Positions 16,240 to 26,189 of a DNA stretch of 32,000 nt are shown here, one piece after another. This stretch comes from Candidatus Calditenuaceae archaeon HR02. Its GTDB lineage: Archaea; Thermoproteota; Nitrososphaeria_A; Caldarchaeales; Calditenuaceae. Every line of letters begins with the position of its first letter. Within the stretch, counting starts at the first letter, position 1. Where the stretch lies: contig BEHE01000004.1 in assembly GCA_002898395.1 (NCBI GenBank), forward strand, positions 1 to 32,000, in the 5' to 3' direction. The notes beneath the pieces were generated by a model. It saw only the letters and a list, made by a program, of their open reading frames with translations, had not been told where the DNA came from and did no database searches. Both the position numbers and the translations under genes were made by a program.

Positions 16240-16970
16240 TGAGTGGTGTAATCCTCGTCGACGCACACTGCCATGTCCATGAGTATGGCGATGACGAGAT
16301 TAAGAGTTTCGGGAATATTAGGATCGCAGGTGTAGCAATGGACTTGGAGTCGTCTGGGGCTACCCTCGATTTAGCGAAAAGGTTTAGGAATATTGACCCT
16401 TTCGTAGGGCTGCACCCATGGAACCTTCACAAGAACTTGGATGAGCTTGAAAAAATAAAGAGGCTTGCGGTTTCAGGCGGGGTGTCAGGCCTAGGCGAAG
16501 TAGGCGTCGACTTAAGATTCGCCAGAACACCTTTCAAGGAGCAGTTAAAGGTTTTCACCGAAATATGCGAGCTGGCCTCTGAGAACGGGCTCCCATTAAA
16601 CGTCCATGCCCTAGGGGGATGGGATTCGGTCGTGAAGACTTGCATAAAGCTTGGCGTGAAGTCGCTTCTCCTACACTGGTATACCGGGCCGCTCGAGCTC
16701 CTCAAGGAGATCAGGGATGCGAGTTACTTCATCTCGATCAATCCCGCTGTGACTATCCAGCAGAAGCACATGCAGATTCTCCGAGAAGCCGATATGGACA
16801 TTATCCTGACTGAGAGTGATGGCCCCTACGTCTATAGAGGACTAGAACTGACCCCTAGAAGCCTGCCTGGGCTCCTAAACACTATCGCACATGTCAAGGG
16901 GCTAACTGTGGCAGAAGCGGCTAGCCAAATTTATGAGAACTACCTAAGATTTCTCGGCGCCTCTAGATGA
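16239..16970 (+). CDS. TatD-family metal-dependent hydrolase
   Basis: ILVDAHCHVHE at the N-terminus, LNVHA, LLHWYTG and LTESDGPY motifs. The ATG shares one base with the pyrG stop (TAATG). Confidence 0.85.
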   Translation: MSGVILVDAHCHVHEYGDDEIKSFGNIRIAGVAMDLESSGATLDLAKRFRNIDPFVGLHPWNLHKNLDELEKIKRLAVSGGVSGLGEVGVDLRFARTPFKEQLKVFTEICELASENGLPLNVHALGGWDSVVKTCIKLGVKSLLLHWYTGPLELLKEIRDASYFISINPAVTIQQKHMQILREADMDIILTESDGPYVYRGLELTPRSLPGLLNTIAHVKGLTVAEAASQIYENYLRFLGASR

Positions 16971-17861
16971 CCTCGACACAATATGGTTTGCCAAGTCCTC
17001 CAATACCTTGATAACCGCCTGAGTCCCTAGCGCTCCCTCCCCCTTGCCGGCTAGTGATTTGAAGAGCTGGTGCATTAGGGCTGTGCCTAGAAGTGGGAGG
17101 TTATACTCCTGCCCCATCTCGAGAGCTATGCGGAGGTCTTTCATCAGATGCTCTGCCTTGAACCCTGGTCTAAAATCTCTATTAACTATTGCGGGTCCGA
17201 GGTGGGCTAGCTGCCAGGAGGCACCCGCTCCAGACGATATGACCTCTATCACTTTATCAAGATCTAGGCCTGCTTTTGAGGCTAGTAGGATGGCCTCGCA
17301 AGCTCCGAGAAGGGAGAGTGCAACTGATATCTGGTTGCAAATCTTCGTCATCTGCCCTGAGCCGCTTGGACCCATGTAGACAATCCTCTGGCCGAGGACC
17401 CTTAGTATCGGCTCGGCTTTCTTAAAGATCTCGTGGTCTCCACCGACCATTATGGCGAGTGTTCCCTGCTCTGCGCCTATTGTCCCCCCAGTTACAGGTG
17501 CGTCAAGATACCCTACTCCCCTCTGCTTTAAAAACTCGTGTATCTCCCTCTCAACAGCCGGCGAGATTGTTGACATGTCTATTACTATTGAGCCGGGTCT
17601 GGCTCCATGAATAACTCCCCTTTCACCCAGCATCACCTGCCTCACATCCCTGGAGTCGGGTAACATCAGGATCGTGTAGTCGGACTTAGCCGCAGCCTCC
17701 TCGGGAGACCCCGCCGCTTCTGCTCCGTGTCTGGCGAGCTCCTCGACCGGCCCCTTACTCCTGTTAAACACCCTCAGCTCATGTCCCGCGGCTAACAGCC
17801 GCTTGGCCATAGGCCTCCCCATCAAACCTAAGCCAATGAAACCTATTCTGGCCACAGGCAT
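16944..17861 (-). CDS. NAD(P)-dependent beta-hydroxyacid dehydrogenase (3-hydroxyisobutyrate / 6-phosphogluconate dehydrogenase-like family)
   Basis: [35 protein letters not shown] Rossmann motif, plus family-typical DAPVTGG and MTKICNQ regions. ATG 17861 is preferred to 17894. 27-nt convergent overlap with the TatD-family gene. Confidence 0.88.
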   Translation of the reverse strand: MPVARIGFIGLGLMGRPMAKRLLAAGHELRVFNRSKGPVEELARHGAEAAGSPEEAAAKSDYTILMLPDSRDVRQVMLGERGVIHGARPGSIVIDMSTISPAVEREIHEFLKQRGVGYLDAPVTGGTIGAEQGTLAIMVGGDHEIFKKAEPILRVLGQRIVYMGPSGSGQMTKICNQISVALSLLGACEAILLASKAGLDLDKVIEVISSGAGASWQLAHLGPAIVNRDFRPGFKAEHLMKDLRIALEMGQEYNLPLLGTALMHQLFKSLAGKGEGALGTQAVIKVLEDLANHIVSRSSRGAEKS

Positions 17862-17902
17862 CGAGGTATAGCCAAGACTATTAATATATCGCATGTGGGA
17901 AT

Positions 17903-18457
17903 ATGTTAAGTGTCTTGGGTGTAAAGACGTTTGCGAGCTCGATTAGCTCATGGCTAGGCCGTGTAGAGGTCGCAGCAACTGAGGATAGCCTGCTCTTTGT
18001 CGGCGTGGGAAGTGGGAGGGCGGCGAAATTTTTGCGAGCTCTAGGGCTTCACCCCCCCTCTGAGGGGGGTAGCGAGCTGATCGGCGAGGCGGTGGCGCAG
18101 CTTATCGAGTATTTTGAAGGTAGACGCAGGTCCTTTAGTCTGCCCGTCAATTTCTTAGGGACTGATTTTCAAGTCAGAGTTTGGGAGAAGACTATGGAGA
18201 TCCCCTACGGCTCTACGCGGAGTTATTCCTGGGTTGCGAGAAGGGTCGGCTGTGCCTCACCAAGGCCTGTTGGAAGGGCCCTCTCAGCAAACCACCTCAT
18301 GCTGATTGTCCCCTGTCATAGGGTTGTAGAGGCTCACGGAGGCCTCGGAGGGTTCTCAGCAGGTCTAGCCCTGAAGAAGAAGCTTTTACAGCACGAGGCA
18401 AGGCACACGGGGAGGGCTGCGATAAAACTAAATCCGCCTCGATGCGCTGAAGGATAG
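17903..18457 (+). CDS. ogt: Methylated-DNA--protein-cysteine methyltransferase (O6-alkylguanine-DNA alkyltransferase)
   Basis: IPYGSTRSYSWVA...NHLMLIVPCHRVV active-site PCHR motif. Confidence 0.9.
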   Translation: MLSVLGVKTFASSISSWLGRVEVAATEDSLLFVGVGSGRAAKFLRALGLHPPSEGGSELIGEAVAQLIEYFEGRRRSFSLPVNFLGTDFQVRVWEKTMEIPYGSTRSYSWVARRVGCASPRPVGRALSANHLMLIVPCHRVVEAHGGLGGFSAGLALKKKLLQHEARHTGRAAIKLNPPRCAEG

Positions 18458-18458
18458 A

Positions 18459-20033
18459 GTGTCGAAACACGTCAAGCTCCCGCCCAGTGAAGGACAGCAT
18501 ATCGAGTTTAAGGAGAGGCTCATCCCGCTCGTGCATTTGAAGCCCGAGAGGAGGCAGCAACTGAGCACCCAGCTCAAGTCGCACCTATTGGAAGGGGGCG
18601 GCGTGGCGGTCTATCTGATAGGAGTAAACGACGATGGTGTAGTCGTAGGGTTGAATGAGTATGATTTGGAGATGAGCCTCTCGGTTCTTGCCACGGTGGT
18701 GGCGGAGAGCGGAGCCAGGATTAGGCGGGTTGAGCGGTTTGAGACTGAGAAGGGCCTAATAGCAAGGGTCGTGATAGAGTCCCTCCCCACCACCGCTAAG
18801 CCACACATCACTGTGGCAGTGGCGGGGCATGTCAACCACGGCAAGTCGACACTCATCGCCTGCCTCCTAACAAACCAGCCCGACGACGGCAAAAAATGGC
18901 TATACCTAGACACACTGCCCCACGAGGTTGAGAGGAACCTCTCCGCCGATATCCACCTCGCAGTGCTGGGCTTCAAGGAAGGCAAGCCGCTGACCATGAG
19001 TAACCCGCTGGACAAGATGGAGCGGGCGAGAATAGTGGAAGAGGGAGAGAAGCTCATCAACTTTGTGGATACGGTGGGGCATGAGCCTTGGCTGAGGACA
19101 ACCATCAGGGGACTGGTGGGACAAGAGGTGGACTACGGAATACTTGTCGTGGCAGCAGATGACGGAGTCACACACCTTACGCGCGAACACTTAGGCATCA
19201 TGCTAGGCCTAGGCATCCCAGTAATAGTGTGCGTTACGAAGAAGGATAAGGTGGCTCAGAGCAGGGTAGGGGAGGTTAGGGAGGGGGTCACCCAGCTTCT
19301 CAAGAGGGTGGGTCGGGTCCCATTCCTCATCCGGGAGCCATCAGACATTGACATAGTATACGACAAGACCGGGGTGGTAGTGCCCATACTTGAGGTCTCT
19401 TCGAGGACATTGGAGGGGTTCGAGAGCTTATATAGGCTTTTGGCCCTGTTGCCACAGCGAGAGAAGCCCCTAGACAAGCCATTCCTACTCTATATAGATA
19501 GAATCTACGATATTGAGGGGGTGGGGAGCGTAGTCTCGGGCACGGTTAGACAGGGGAGACTGAAAGCAGGTGCTGAGCTCCTCCTCGGCCCTTACCCTGA
19601 CGGCGGGTTCAAGCGGGTAAAGGTGCGGAGCATAGAGATACACAACACTCGAGTAGAGGAGGCTGTCGCAGGCTATGTCGTCGGGATCGCGATCAGGGGA
19701 GTCTCCCACGACGAGATTCGCAGGGGGATGGTCCTGTGCGATGAGGAGCTCTCACCCCAGGCGGTCTGGAGCTTTGCAGCTGAGGTCTTAGTCCTCAACA
19801 ACCCTAGCAGGTTCGCCCCAGGCTATGAGCCAGTCATGCAGTGCCACACAATCTCACAGAGTGTGAGAATCGTGGAACTTGATAGGGAGTATGTGAAGCC
19901 TGGAGAGCAGGGAAATGCTGTGCTCGAGTTCAAATACAGTCCGATGCTGGTTTACCCGCAGGACAGGTTTGTCCTGAGGGAGGGCCGGACCAAGGGGATA
20001 GGAGTAATCAAGAGAATAATCAGGTATGCTTAA
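18459..20033 (+). CDS. GTPBP1-family translational GTPase (EF1A-like core with the GTPBP1-type N-terminal domain)
   Basis: G1 GHVNHGKST, G3 DTVGHE, G4 TKKD, and beta-barrel domains II/III. The N-terminal HIEFKERL...LSTQLKSHLLEGGGVAVYLIGVNDDGVVVGL resembles the eukaryotic GTPBP1/2 N-domain as I recall it. GTG start 1 nt after the ogt stop. Confidence 0.85.
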   Translation: MSKHVKLPPSEGQHIEFKERLIPLVHLKPERRQQLSTQLKSHLLEGGGVAVYLIGVNDDGVVVGLNEYDLEMSLSVLATVVAESGARIRRVERFETEKGLIARVVIESLPTTAKPHITVAVAGHVNHGKSTLIACLLTNQPDDGKKWLYLDTLPHEVERNLSADIHLAVLGFKEGKPLTMSNPLDKMERARIVEEGEKLINFVDTVGHEPWLRTTIRGLVGQEVDYGILVVAADDGVTHLTREHLGIMLGLGIPVIVCVTKKDKVAQSRVGEVREGVTQLLKRVGRVPFLIREPSDIDIVYDKTGVVVPILEVSSRTLEGFESLYRLLALLPQREKPLDKPFLLYIDRIYDIEGVGSVVSGTVRQGRLKAGAELLLGPYPDGGFKRVKVRSIEIHNTRVEEAVAGYVVGIAIRGVSHDEIRRGMVLCDEELSPQAVWSFAAEVLVLNNPSRFAPGYEPVMQCHTISQSVRIVELDREYVKPGEQGNAVLEFKYSPMLVYPQDRFVLREGRTKGIGVIKRIIRYA

Positions 20034-21084
20034 AGGAGGGAAAGTAAAGAGGCTGGGTGTCTCTGTTCCAGTGATTTATGCCGAGAAGGCTAGAGGGATC
20101 TTAAAGGAGAGGTCTGCAATAGATCCCTCTCTCAAGCCCCTGAGGATCGATGACAGAGTAGTGTTCCCCCTCAAACAAGATCTTCCCTCTCTAGAGGGGG
20201 CCGCTATACCCGGGCTGGAGTGTAAGCTGGTGTGGGAAGAGTTTCAGGAGAGGCACCTAACACCACGAAGCATTAGAGAGGCGCTTTCAGGGATAATAAG
20301 TGGCGAACTCCTGAAAAAGCTTCCCTCATCCTACGACATCGTAGGCGACATAGCGGTAGTGCATATACCTGAGGGTCTTGAGACGCTAGGAGGGCAGATA
20401 GGCGAGGCGATAATTCGGGTTAACCCGTCGGTAAAAGTTGTACTCGGCAAGGCAGGCCCTGTAACAGGAGTCTACAGGACGCAGAGACTCATACACCTCG
20501 CCGGAGAGGTGCGAACAGTTACGACCCACAAGGAGCACGGATGCATCTTCCAAGTGGACCTGGAGAAGGTCTATTTCAACCCGCGGCTGGCCGGTGAGAG
20601 GATGAGGATCGCGAGACTGACGAGGAGCGATGAGGTTGTTGCGGACATGTTCGCTGGTGTTGGACCATTTGCGATAGCGATAGCGAAACATGCCGGAGCC
20701 AGGGTTTTTGCCTCTGAGATCAACCCGGACGCCTATGGCTTACTGGTGAAGAACATCCAGATCAACAAGCTTACAGGTCGCGTGGTACCATTGTTTGGCG
20801 ACTGCAGGACGGCATACACTAACAACCAGATTAGAGCCGACCGTGTAGTCATGAACTATCCCTCAGACCCTCTAAGCTTCCTCGACACAGCCCTCAGAAT
20901 CCTCCGCGGACGGGGCGTGGTTCACCTTTACGGCTTCGCAAAAGACCCTGAAGAATTGCGCCCAAAAATCGTGGAGAGGGTTACAGAGTTTGGAGCTACT
21001 TGCGACCTAATGATCAATAAGCTCAAACCGGTCTCCCCGAGTAGGAGCCTCGTAGTAGCTGATATTGAGGTCTGTACATCCTAG
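20026..21084 (+). CDS. trm5: tRNA (guanine37-N1)-methyltransferase Trm5 / Taw22-like (Met-10+ family)
   Basis: SYDIVGDIAVVHIPEGL, SAM-binding VADMFAGVGPFAIAIAK, and NYP catalytic-loop motif. The ATG overlaps the GTPase gene by 8 nt. Confidence 0.85.
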   Translation: MLKGGKVKRLGVSVPVIYAEKARGILKERSAIDPSLKPLRIDDRVVFPLKQDLPSLEGAAIPGLECKLVWEEFQERHLTPRSIREALSGIISGELLKKLPSSYDIVGDIAVVHIPEGLETLGGQIGEAIIRVNPSVKVVLGKAGPVTGVYRTQRLIHLAGEVRTVTTHKEHGCIFQVDLEKVYFNPRLAGERMRIARLTRSDEVVADMFAGVGPFAIAIAKHAGARVFASEINPDAYGLLVKNIQINKLTGRVVPLFGDCRTAYTNNQIRADRVVMNYPSDPLSFLDTALRILRGRGVVHLYGFAKDPEELRPKIVERVTEFGATCDLMINKLKPVSPSRSLVVADIEVCTS

Positions 21085-21161
21085 CCGATAGGGGCCGGCT
21101 ATCCCGGCTGGCAGGGAAAGGTTTATTCATCTAGGAGCACAGCGTAATACCTAGATGTGGT

Positions 21162-22199
21162 TTGGGCGTAAAGCTTGGAGATCTGATACCGCAGGTGGCA
21201 GTCCAGACAGTCCAGCTTAGCGATTTAGCCGGGAAAGTAATCGCCATAGACGGCTACAATATACTCTACCAGTTCCTCTCAATAATCAGGGGCCCTGACG
21301 GGAGACCGCTTCAGGACCGGAAAGGGCGCGTAACCAGCCACCTCAGCGGCCTCTTCTTCAGAACGGCGAACTTCATAAAAAACGGCGTAAAAGTCGTCTA
21401 CGTCTTTGACGGCCAGCCACCACACCTTAAGAGAGAGACCATACGGAAGAGGATTGAGCTGAGGGAGAGGGCTAAAAAGATGTATGAGGCGGCCTTGGCG
21501 GCAGGCGAGGTGGAGGAGGCGAGGAAGTACGCCACCCAGTCAGCTACCCTAGAAAAATACATGGTCGAAACCGCTATACAACTATTGGACGCGATGGGTG
21601 TTCCCTCGCTGATAGCGCCCTCTGAGGGAGAGGCTCAGGCAGCGTATATGGCTATGCGTGGAGATGCCTGGGCCTCAGCCTCACAGGACTACGACTCCAT
21701 ACTATTCGGAACACCCCGTCTCGTGCGAAACCTCTCAATAGTTGGGAGAAGAAAGCTTCCGAAGAAAGACGAATACGTGACAGTTGAGCCGGAGGTCGTT
21801 TACTCTGACAAGCTCTTCAGCTCGCTGGGTGTGGGTAGAAGAGAGTTAATCGAGATGGCTATACTGATAGGTACTGACTACTTTGAGGGAGTAAAGGGCA
21901 TAGGACCGAAGAAGGCCTACGAGCTTGTAAAGGAGCTCGGATCGGTAGAAAAGGTATTAGCGTCGCTCAACAAGCCTATCGAAATAGACATCGACGCGGT
22001 GAGGCAGCTCTTCCTCGAGCCCGAAGTAAAAAAGGACTACGAGCTGGTTTGGCGCGACATTAACAGGGAGGCAGTACTCAAGGTTCTGTGCGACGAGCAC
22101 GACTTCTCCCCCGAGAGGGTTGAGAAGGAGCTCAACGAGGTCGAGATGGCCGTATCTGAGAAAAAGAAGGTAACATCCCTCGACCGCTGGCTACTCTAA
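21162..22199 (+). CDS. fen: Flap endonuclease 1
   Basis: MGVKLGDLIP...IAIDGYNILYQFLSIIRGPDGRPLQD...TSHLSGLFFRT and H3TH region GTDYFEGVKGIGPKKA. TTG start. Confidence 0.95.
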   Translation: MGVKLGDLIPQVAVQTVQLSDLAGKVIAIDGYNILYQFLSIIRGPDGRPLQDRKGRVTSHLSGLFFRTANFIKNGVKVVYVFDGQPPHLKRETIRKRIELRERAKKMYEAALAAGEVEEARKYATQSATLEKYMVETAIQLLDAMGVPSLIAPSEGEAQAAYMAMRGDAWASASQDYDSILFGTPRLVRNLSIVGRRKLPKKDEYVTVEPEVVYSDKLFSSLGVGRRELIEMAILIGTDYFEGVKGIGPKKAYELVKELGSVEKVLASLNKPIEIDIDAVRQLFLEPEVKKDYELVWRDINREAVLKVLCDEHDFSPERVEKELNEVEMAVSEKKKVTSLDRWLL

Positions 22200-22203
22200 A
22201 AGA

Positions 22204-22407
22204 CTATTCAAGAAGCACGATAAGCCTCCTCTCCTCGTCGAGGCTGTGAACTCTTACGAGACCCCGTACCTCAAGCACAATTAGCGCCTCTCTAAGTTCC
22301 TTAGCGCTAGTCACCCTCCCCCGAGTATTCAGAGCCTCCAATAGGGCGGACTCCATCATCTTCCTATTGTTACGCCTCAAAACCTCGACCACGTCCTGTG
22401 GGTCCAT
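22204..22407 (-). CDS. Small hypothetical protein, possibly winged-helix-like
   Basis: 67-aa ORF starting 8 nt downstream of the cdc48 stop on the same strand. ALLEALNTRGRVTSAKELREALIVLEVRGLVRV looks like a helix-turn-helix plus wing. No family recognised. Confidence 0.5.
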   Translation of the reverse strand: MDPQDVVEVLRRNNRKMMESALLEALNTRGRVTSAKELREALIVLEVRGLVRVHSLDEERRLIVLLE

Positions 22408-22415
22408 AATAGCGA

Positions 22416-24605
22416 CTATCCAAACATTGGGAGGGCCTTTTCAGTGCCGCGCAGGTGTTCCGAGACCTTCTCATACTCTTTGAGCATGTTCGGAGTTATG
22501 CTCGGCTTCACAGCCTTCAAAGCCTCTTGGAAGTCGCTCCACGACACCTGCTGGACATCCCTATCTCTCCTCAATGCAGACATGGCAGCCTCCCTGCAGA
22601 GGGACTCTAAATCAGCCCCTGAATATCCCTCAGTCATGGCTGCTAGTTTCCTCAGGTCAACATCCGCGGCCAGAGGCATTGAGCGCGTATATATTCTGAG
22701 TATCTCGTACCTCCCCTTATCGTCGGGGGGTGGAACATAGATTAGCCTGTCAAACCTTCCAGGCCGCAGTATTGAGGGGTCCATAAGGTCTGGTCTGTTC
22801 GTGGCCCCAATCACCACTACTTCCCGCAGCTCCTCTATGCCGTCCATCTCTGCCAGTAGCTGGCTAGCCACTCTATGGGTCACGCCAGAGCTATCATCCA
22901 AGATATCCTTCCTAGGCGCTATCGTCTCTATCTCGTCTAGGAATACAATGCAGGGTGCCGCCTGCCTAGCTTTCCTGAATACCTCCCTTATCGCCTTCTC
23001 AGACTCACCCACCCACTTTGAATATATCTCCGGGCCCTTAATGGTGACGAAGTTCGCCTCGGCCTCAGTAGCTATAGCCTTCGCAAGGAGTGTCTTGCCA
23101 CAGCCCGGTGGCCCGTAAAGAAGTATCCCCTTAGGAGGCTTGATACCAAGCCTCTCAAACCTGTCAGGATACTTTAGCGGCCACTCAATTGCCTCCACCA
23201 ACCTCTGCTTCACCTCTGACAAGCCGCCCACGTCCTCCCAGCGGACCGTAGGCGTCTCAATTTCAACCTCCCTCAAGGCGGTCGGAGTAATCTCCCTATA
23301 AGCCTCGTGGAAATCTCTCATCGTAACTTCCAGCGAGTTAAGTATCTCAGGAGATATCCTCTCCTCATTGAAGTCAATGCTCGGAAGTATTCTTCTGATA
23401 CACTTCATGGCAGCCTCCCTACATAGTGCGGCGATGTCGGCGCCAGTGTATCCCTTCGTCATCTCGGCAAGCTTGTCAAGGTCAACGTCAGAGGCCAGGG
23501 GCATGCCTCTCGTGTGGATCTGAAGTATCTCCCTCCGCCCCCGCTTATCAGGTATACCGATCTCTATCTCCCTATCAAAGCGTCCAGGTCTCCTCAGAGC
23601 CGGGTCCAGCGCGTTGGGGCGGTTAGTCGCGCCAATTACTATCACCTGACCCCTGCTCTCAAGACCGTCCATCAGGGCTAGGAGCTGGGCAACAACCCTC
23701 TTCTCCACCTCCCCTGTAACCTCACTTCTCTTCGGTGCGATTGCGTCTATCTCGTCGATGAATATTATGCTGGGAGCCTCCTCCTCGGCTCTCCTGAAAA
23801 TCTCCCTCAACTTAGCCTCGGTCTCACCATAGTACTTGTTCATTATCTCAGGGCCGTTAATCAGGATGAAGTTAGCCTCAGCCTCCGTTGCCACAGCCTT
23901 GGCTAGAAGAGTCTTACCACAGCCAGGCGGACCGTACAACAACACCCCTTTTGGAGGCTCAATACCGAGCCGCTGGAAGAGCTCAGGGAACCTAAGCGGT
24001 AGCTCAATCATCTCTCTAATCCTCTGTATCTCCTCATCAAGCCCACCGATGTCCTCATATGTCACATGAGTGCTGAGCGACTTCTCCTGCACGGCCCTAC
24101 TCTGGATCACAATTCTAGTGTTAGGGGTAATCTTGACGACCCCAGTAGGCCTAGTCTGAATTACAGCGAAGTTGAAGAGGTTTCCAAAGAAGAGTACTGG
24201 TACGATGTTTTTCTGCACGACAGGGTACTCTATTAGGCGGCTTTTAACAAGCTTCGTAAAGTTTTCATCAGGCTTGATAGTGCTGTTTACTGGGGCGAGC
24301 GTGACAAGCTTAGCCTCCTTAACCTGTGCCTTCCTAACCAGCACATAGTCGTTAAGGGATACGCCTGCATTGTTCCTTATGTAGCCGTCAATTCTGATGA
24401 TGTCCTTCTCCTCCTCAAGATAGCCAAGCCATAATGTTGCAACAGCAAGCTTTTTCCCACGAATCTCGATAACGTCTCCGGTAGCCAGGCCGGCAGAGGC
24501 CCCCACCTCCCTGTCAATCCTAGCTATCCCATATCCCACATCCCTCTGCCTCGCCTCAGCTACTCTCAATCTTAACTCATGAACCGGTTGAATCGAGCTA
24601 CTCAT
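22416..24605 (-). CDS. cdc48: Cdc48/VCP-like AAA+ ATPase (N domain plus D1 and D2)
   Basis: Two Walker A motifs [13 protein letters not shown], Walker [10 protein letters not shown] and IVFLDEIE, and second-region-of-homology motifs. 729 aa. Confidence 0.96.
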   Translation of the reverse strand: MSSSIQPVHELRLRVAEARQRDVGYGIARIDREVGASAGLATGDVIEIRGKKLAVATLWLGYLEEEKDIIRIDGYIRNNAGVSLNDYVLVRKAQVKEAKLVTLAPVNSTIKPDENFTKLVKSRLIEYPVVQKNIVPVLFFGNLFNFAVIQTRPTGVVKITPNTRIVIQSRAVQEKSLSTHVTYEDIGGLDEEIQRIREMIELPLRFPELFQRLGIEPPKGVLLYGPPGCGKTLLAKAVATEAEANFILINGPEIMNKYYGETEAKLREIFRRAEEEAPSIIFIDEIDAIAPKRSEVTGEVEKRVVAQLLALMDGLESRGQVIVIGATNRPNALDPALRRPGRFDREIEIGIPDKRGRREILQIHTRGMPLASDVDLDKLAEMTKGYTGADIAALCREAAMKCIRRILPSIDFNEERISPEILNSLEVTMRDFHEAYREITPTALREVEIETPTVRWEDVGGLSEVKQRLVEAIEWPLKYPDRFERLGIKPPKGILLYGPPGCGKTLLAKAIATEAEANFVTIKGPEIYSKWVGESEKAIREVFRKARQAAPCIVFLDEIETIAPRKDILDDSSGVTHRVASQLLAEMDGIEELREVVVIGATNRPDLMDPSILRPGRFDRLIYVPPPDDKGRYEILRIYTRSMPLAADVDLRKLAAMTEGYSGADLESLCREAAMSALRRDRDVQQVSWSDFQEALKAVKPSITPNMLKEYEKVSEHLRGTEKALPMFG

Positions 24606-24687
24606 CGACTCAATCCCAGGATGTAGAGGGGTTTATTTAAGTTGTCCTTCAAAACAAGCTATAGATTATCAAGTTGATGCCACTCAT

Positions 24688-25953
24688 TTAAAAGACCAGC
24701 ATCTCCGGCTCAATCTTCCTATCCTTGATCCCTAGTAGGGTTGAGGGGACCTTTACGCCACCGTAAAGCTCGACCTCGCCCTGATCAAGGGCTAGCGCAG
24801 CAGCTATCCTTCCTAGGGAGTCCGCCTTCATGACGCCGCTGCCACTTCCCCCTGTCGCAACGACCAGGTTCATTACACGGAAAGCCACGGGGTTCTCATC
24901 GATTGTGTTGATAGAGTAGCAGCCGGCCCACTTTGACTGCGGCCTCACACCCTCAATTACTGGGAAAATCTTCCTCAGAAGCGGGTAAACATTATCATAG
25001 AAGAAGAGGTCCTCCGCCTCGAAGTCCAGGCCCCATCGACGGCCAATATCGTCACTCAGCCCCATCCAAAGGCTCCTTTCCCTGATTCGGGGCGCAACAA
25101 ATGGCCCCCTCGGAATAAATGTCATGGGCATTGAATTGAAATCATTGAATCCCTCAACATTGAAGAAGGACTCAAGTCTTCCGCGGGCAGGGGAGGCGAA
25201 GATTTGCCTCTTTTTGGGCTTAATGTAAGAGTCAATCCCCAACGGGTCTAGTAATTCTTGACTCCAGGCCCCGGCAGCAAGGATAAACCGCTCAGCCTCG
25301 ATCGCACCCTTTGACGTCTCTACCGACTCTATCTTCTTCTCCTGCCAGGCGAAGGGCTCCCTTGGGTGGCCAATCTTGTTCACGGCCGCCAGCCGCAGCT
25401 TCTCTACCCTCGTGTTAAAGAGAAATTCCACCCCCGCACCCACCAGTTTCTCGTAATAGAACTTGGCTAGTTTCTCAACGTCCAAATAACCACTCTGGGG
25501 GGAGAATATGGCGCCCTTAATCGGCCTCAGCTCCAAGAGTCTGGACTCCTCGTCATCGAGGTCAAGCTCGATAAACCCTATCCTTTTCTTCAACTCATCC
25601 TTAGAGAGAAGAATCGCGGTCCCCGCATCAAGGAGCTCACGAACACGCTCCACATACTGCTCATATTTTGAAATGTCTAACAGGATTAGGTAGCCCAGCT
25701 GGTGTATTCCAAGGTCATAGCCACTCTTCTGGACATCCAAGTAAAACTTGACCGTAGTCTCAGAAATAATCCTGTTAACACGAGAGGTGAACAGCCCCAT
25801 ACGGAAGCCGCCAACACTCCTAGCAGTATTCCCCTGAGCTGGGCCACCGTTAGCGTCAATGACCAACACCCTACCACCCCCACACCTCACAAAATGGTAG
25901 GCCGAGGTCAAACCCACTATCCCCGCACCAACCACCACAAGACCATACACCAT
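24688..25953 (-). CDS. FAD-dependent oxidoreductase (DAO / glycine-sarcosine-D-amino-acid oxidase-like family)
   Basis: N-terminal VVVGAGIVGLTSAY dinucleotide-binding motif. 421 aa, with length and C-terminal GGSGSGVM region typical of the DAO family. Confidence 0.85.
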   Translation of the reverse strand: MVYGLVVVGAGIVGLTSAYHFVRCGGGRVLVIDANGGPAQGNTARSVGGFRMGLFTSRVNRIISETTVKFYLDVQKSGYDLGIHQLGYLILLDISKYEQYVERVRELLDAGTAILLSKDELKKRIGFIELDLDDEESRLLELRPIKGAIFSPQSGYLDVEKLAKFYYEKLVGAGVEFLFNTRVEKLRLAAVNKIGHPREPFAWQEKKIESVETSKGAIEAERFILAAGAWSQELLDPLGIDSYIKPKKRQIFASPARGRLESFFNVEGFNDFNSMPMTFIPRGPFVAPRIRERSLWMGLSDDIGRRWGLDFEAEDLFFYDNVYPLLRKIFPVIEGVRPQSKWAGCYSINTIDENPVAFRVMNLVVATGGSGSGVMKADSLGRIAAALALDQGEVELYGGVKVPSTLLGIKDRKIEPEMLVF

Positions 25954-26158
25954 CTACAAGCACCAACCACGTTCAAAAACAATAACATACACTAAAATAT
26001 TTTCTTAAACCCCCACTTACACATCCAAACCGTATAAACCGAGTCCCCGCTTCATACAGCAATCCGGTCCCAAAAAGATACTTAGAGATGAGATTACTCT
26101 ACTGAATAAACTATAATCCTCAACCCTTTTTGTAAATCACAACATTCACTGAAAAGAG

Positions 26159-26165
26159 ATATATA
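26159..26165 (+). promoter_or_regulatory. TATA box (atatata) for the ABC transporter operon
   Basis: Centred about 28 nt upstream of ATG 26190. Confidence 0.4.
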
Positions 26166-26189
26166 GGGCGAGACCTTTTTCTAAAACAC

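Noticed and set aside
21093-21107. Short hairpin gccgg-ctatc-ccggc just after the trm5 stop as a terminator
   Set aside because: The stem is only 5 bp and there is no clear downstream T-tract. Archaeal termination does not require hairpins. The support is insufficient.
22444-24069. Several 66-105-aa plus-strand ORFs inside cdc48, and similar ones inside alaS, the DUF255 gene, the GTPase gene and pyrG
   Set aside because: All are antisense or out-of-frame to long, motif-rich, confidently identified genes, and they have low-complexity composition.
25954-26043. Strongly G-depleted plus-strand tract (3 G in the 90 nt from 25951 to 26040) in the divergent intergenic region
   Set aside because: It continues the C/A-rich antisense of the Gly/Val-rich N-terminus of the FAD gene, and it contains a normal TATA-like aaaatatttta for that gene. 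It is most simply a promoter and short G/U-rich leader. I saw no repeat or structure.
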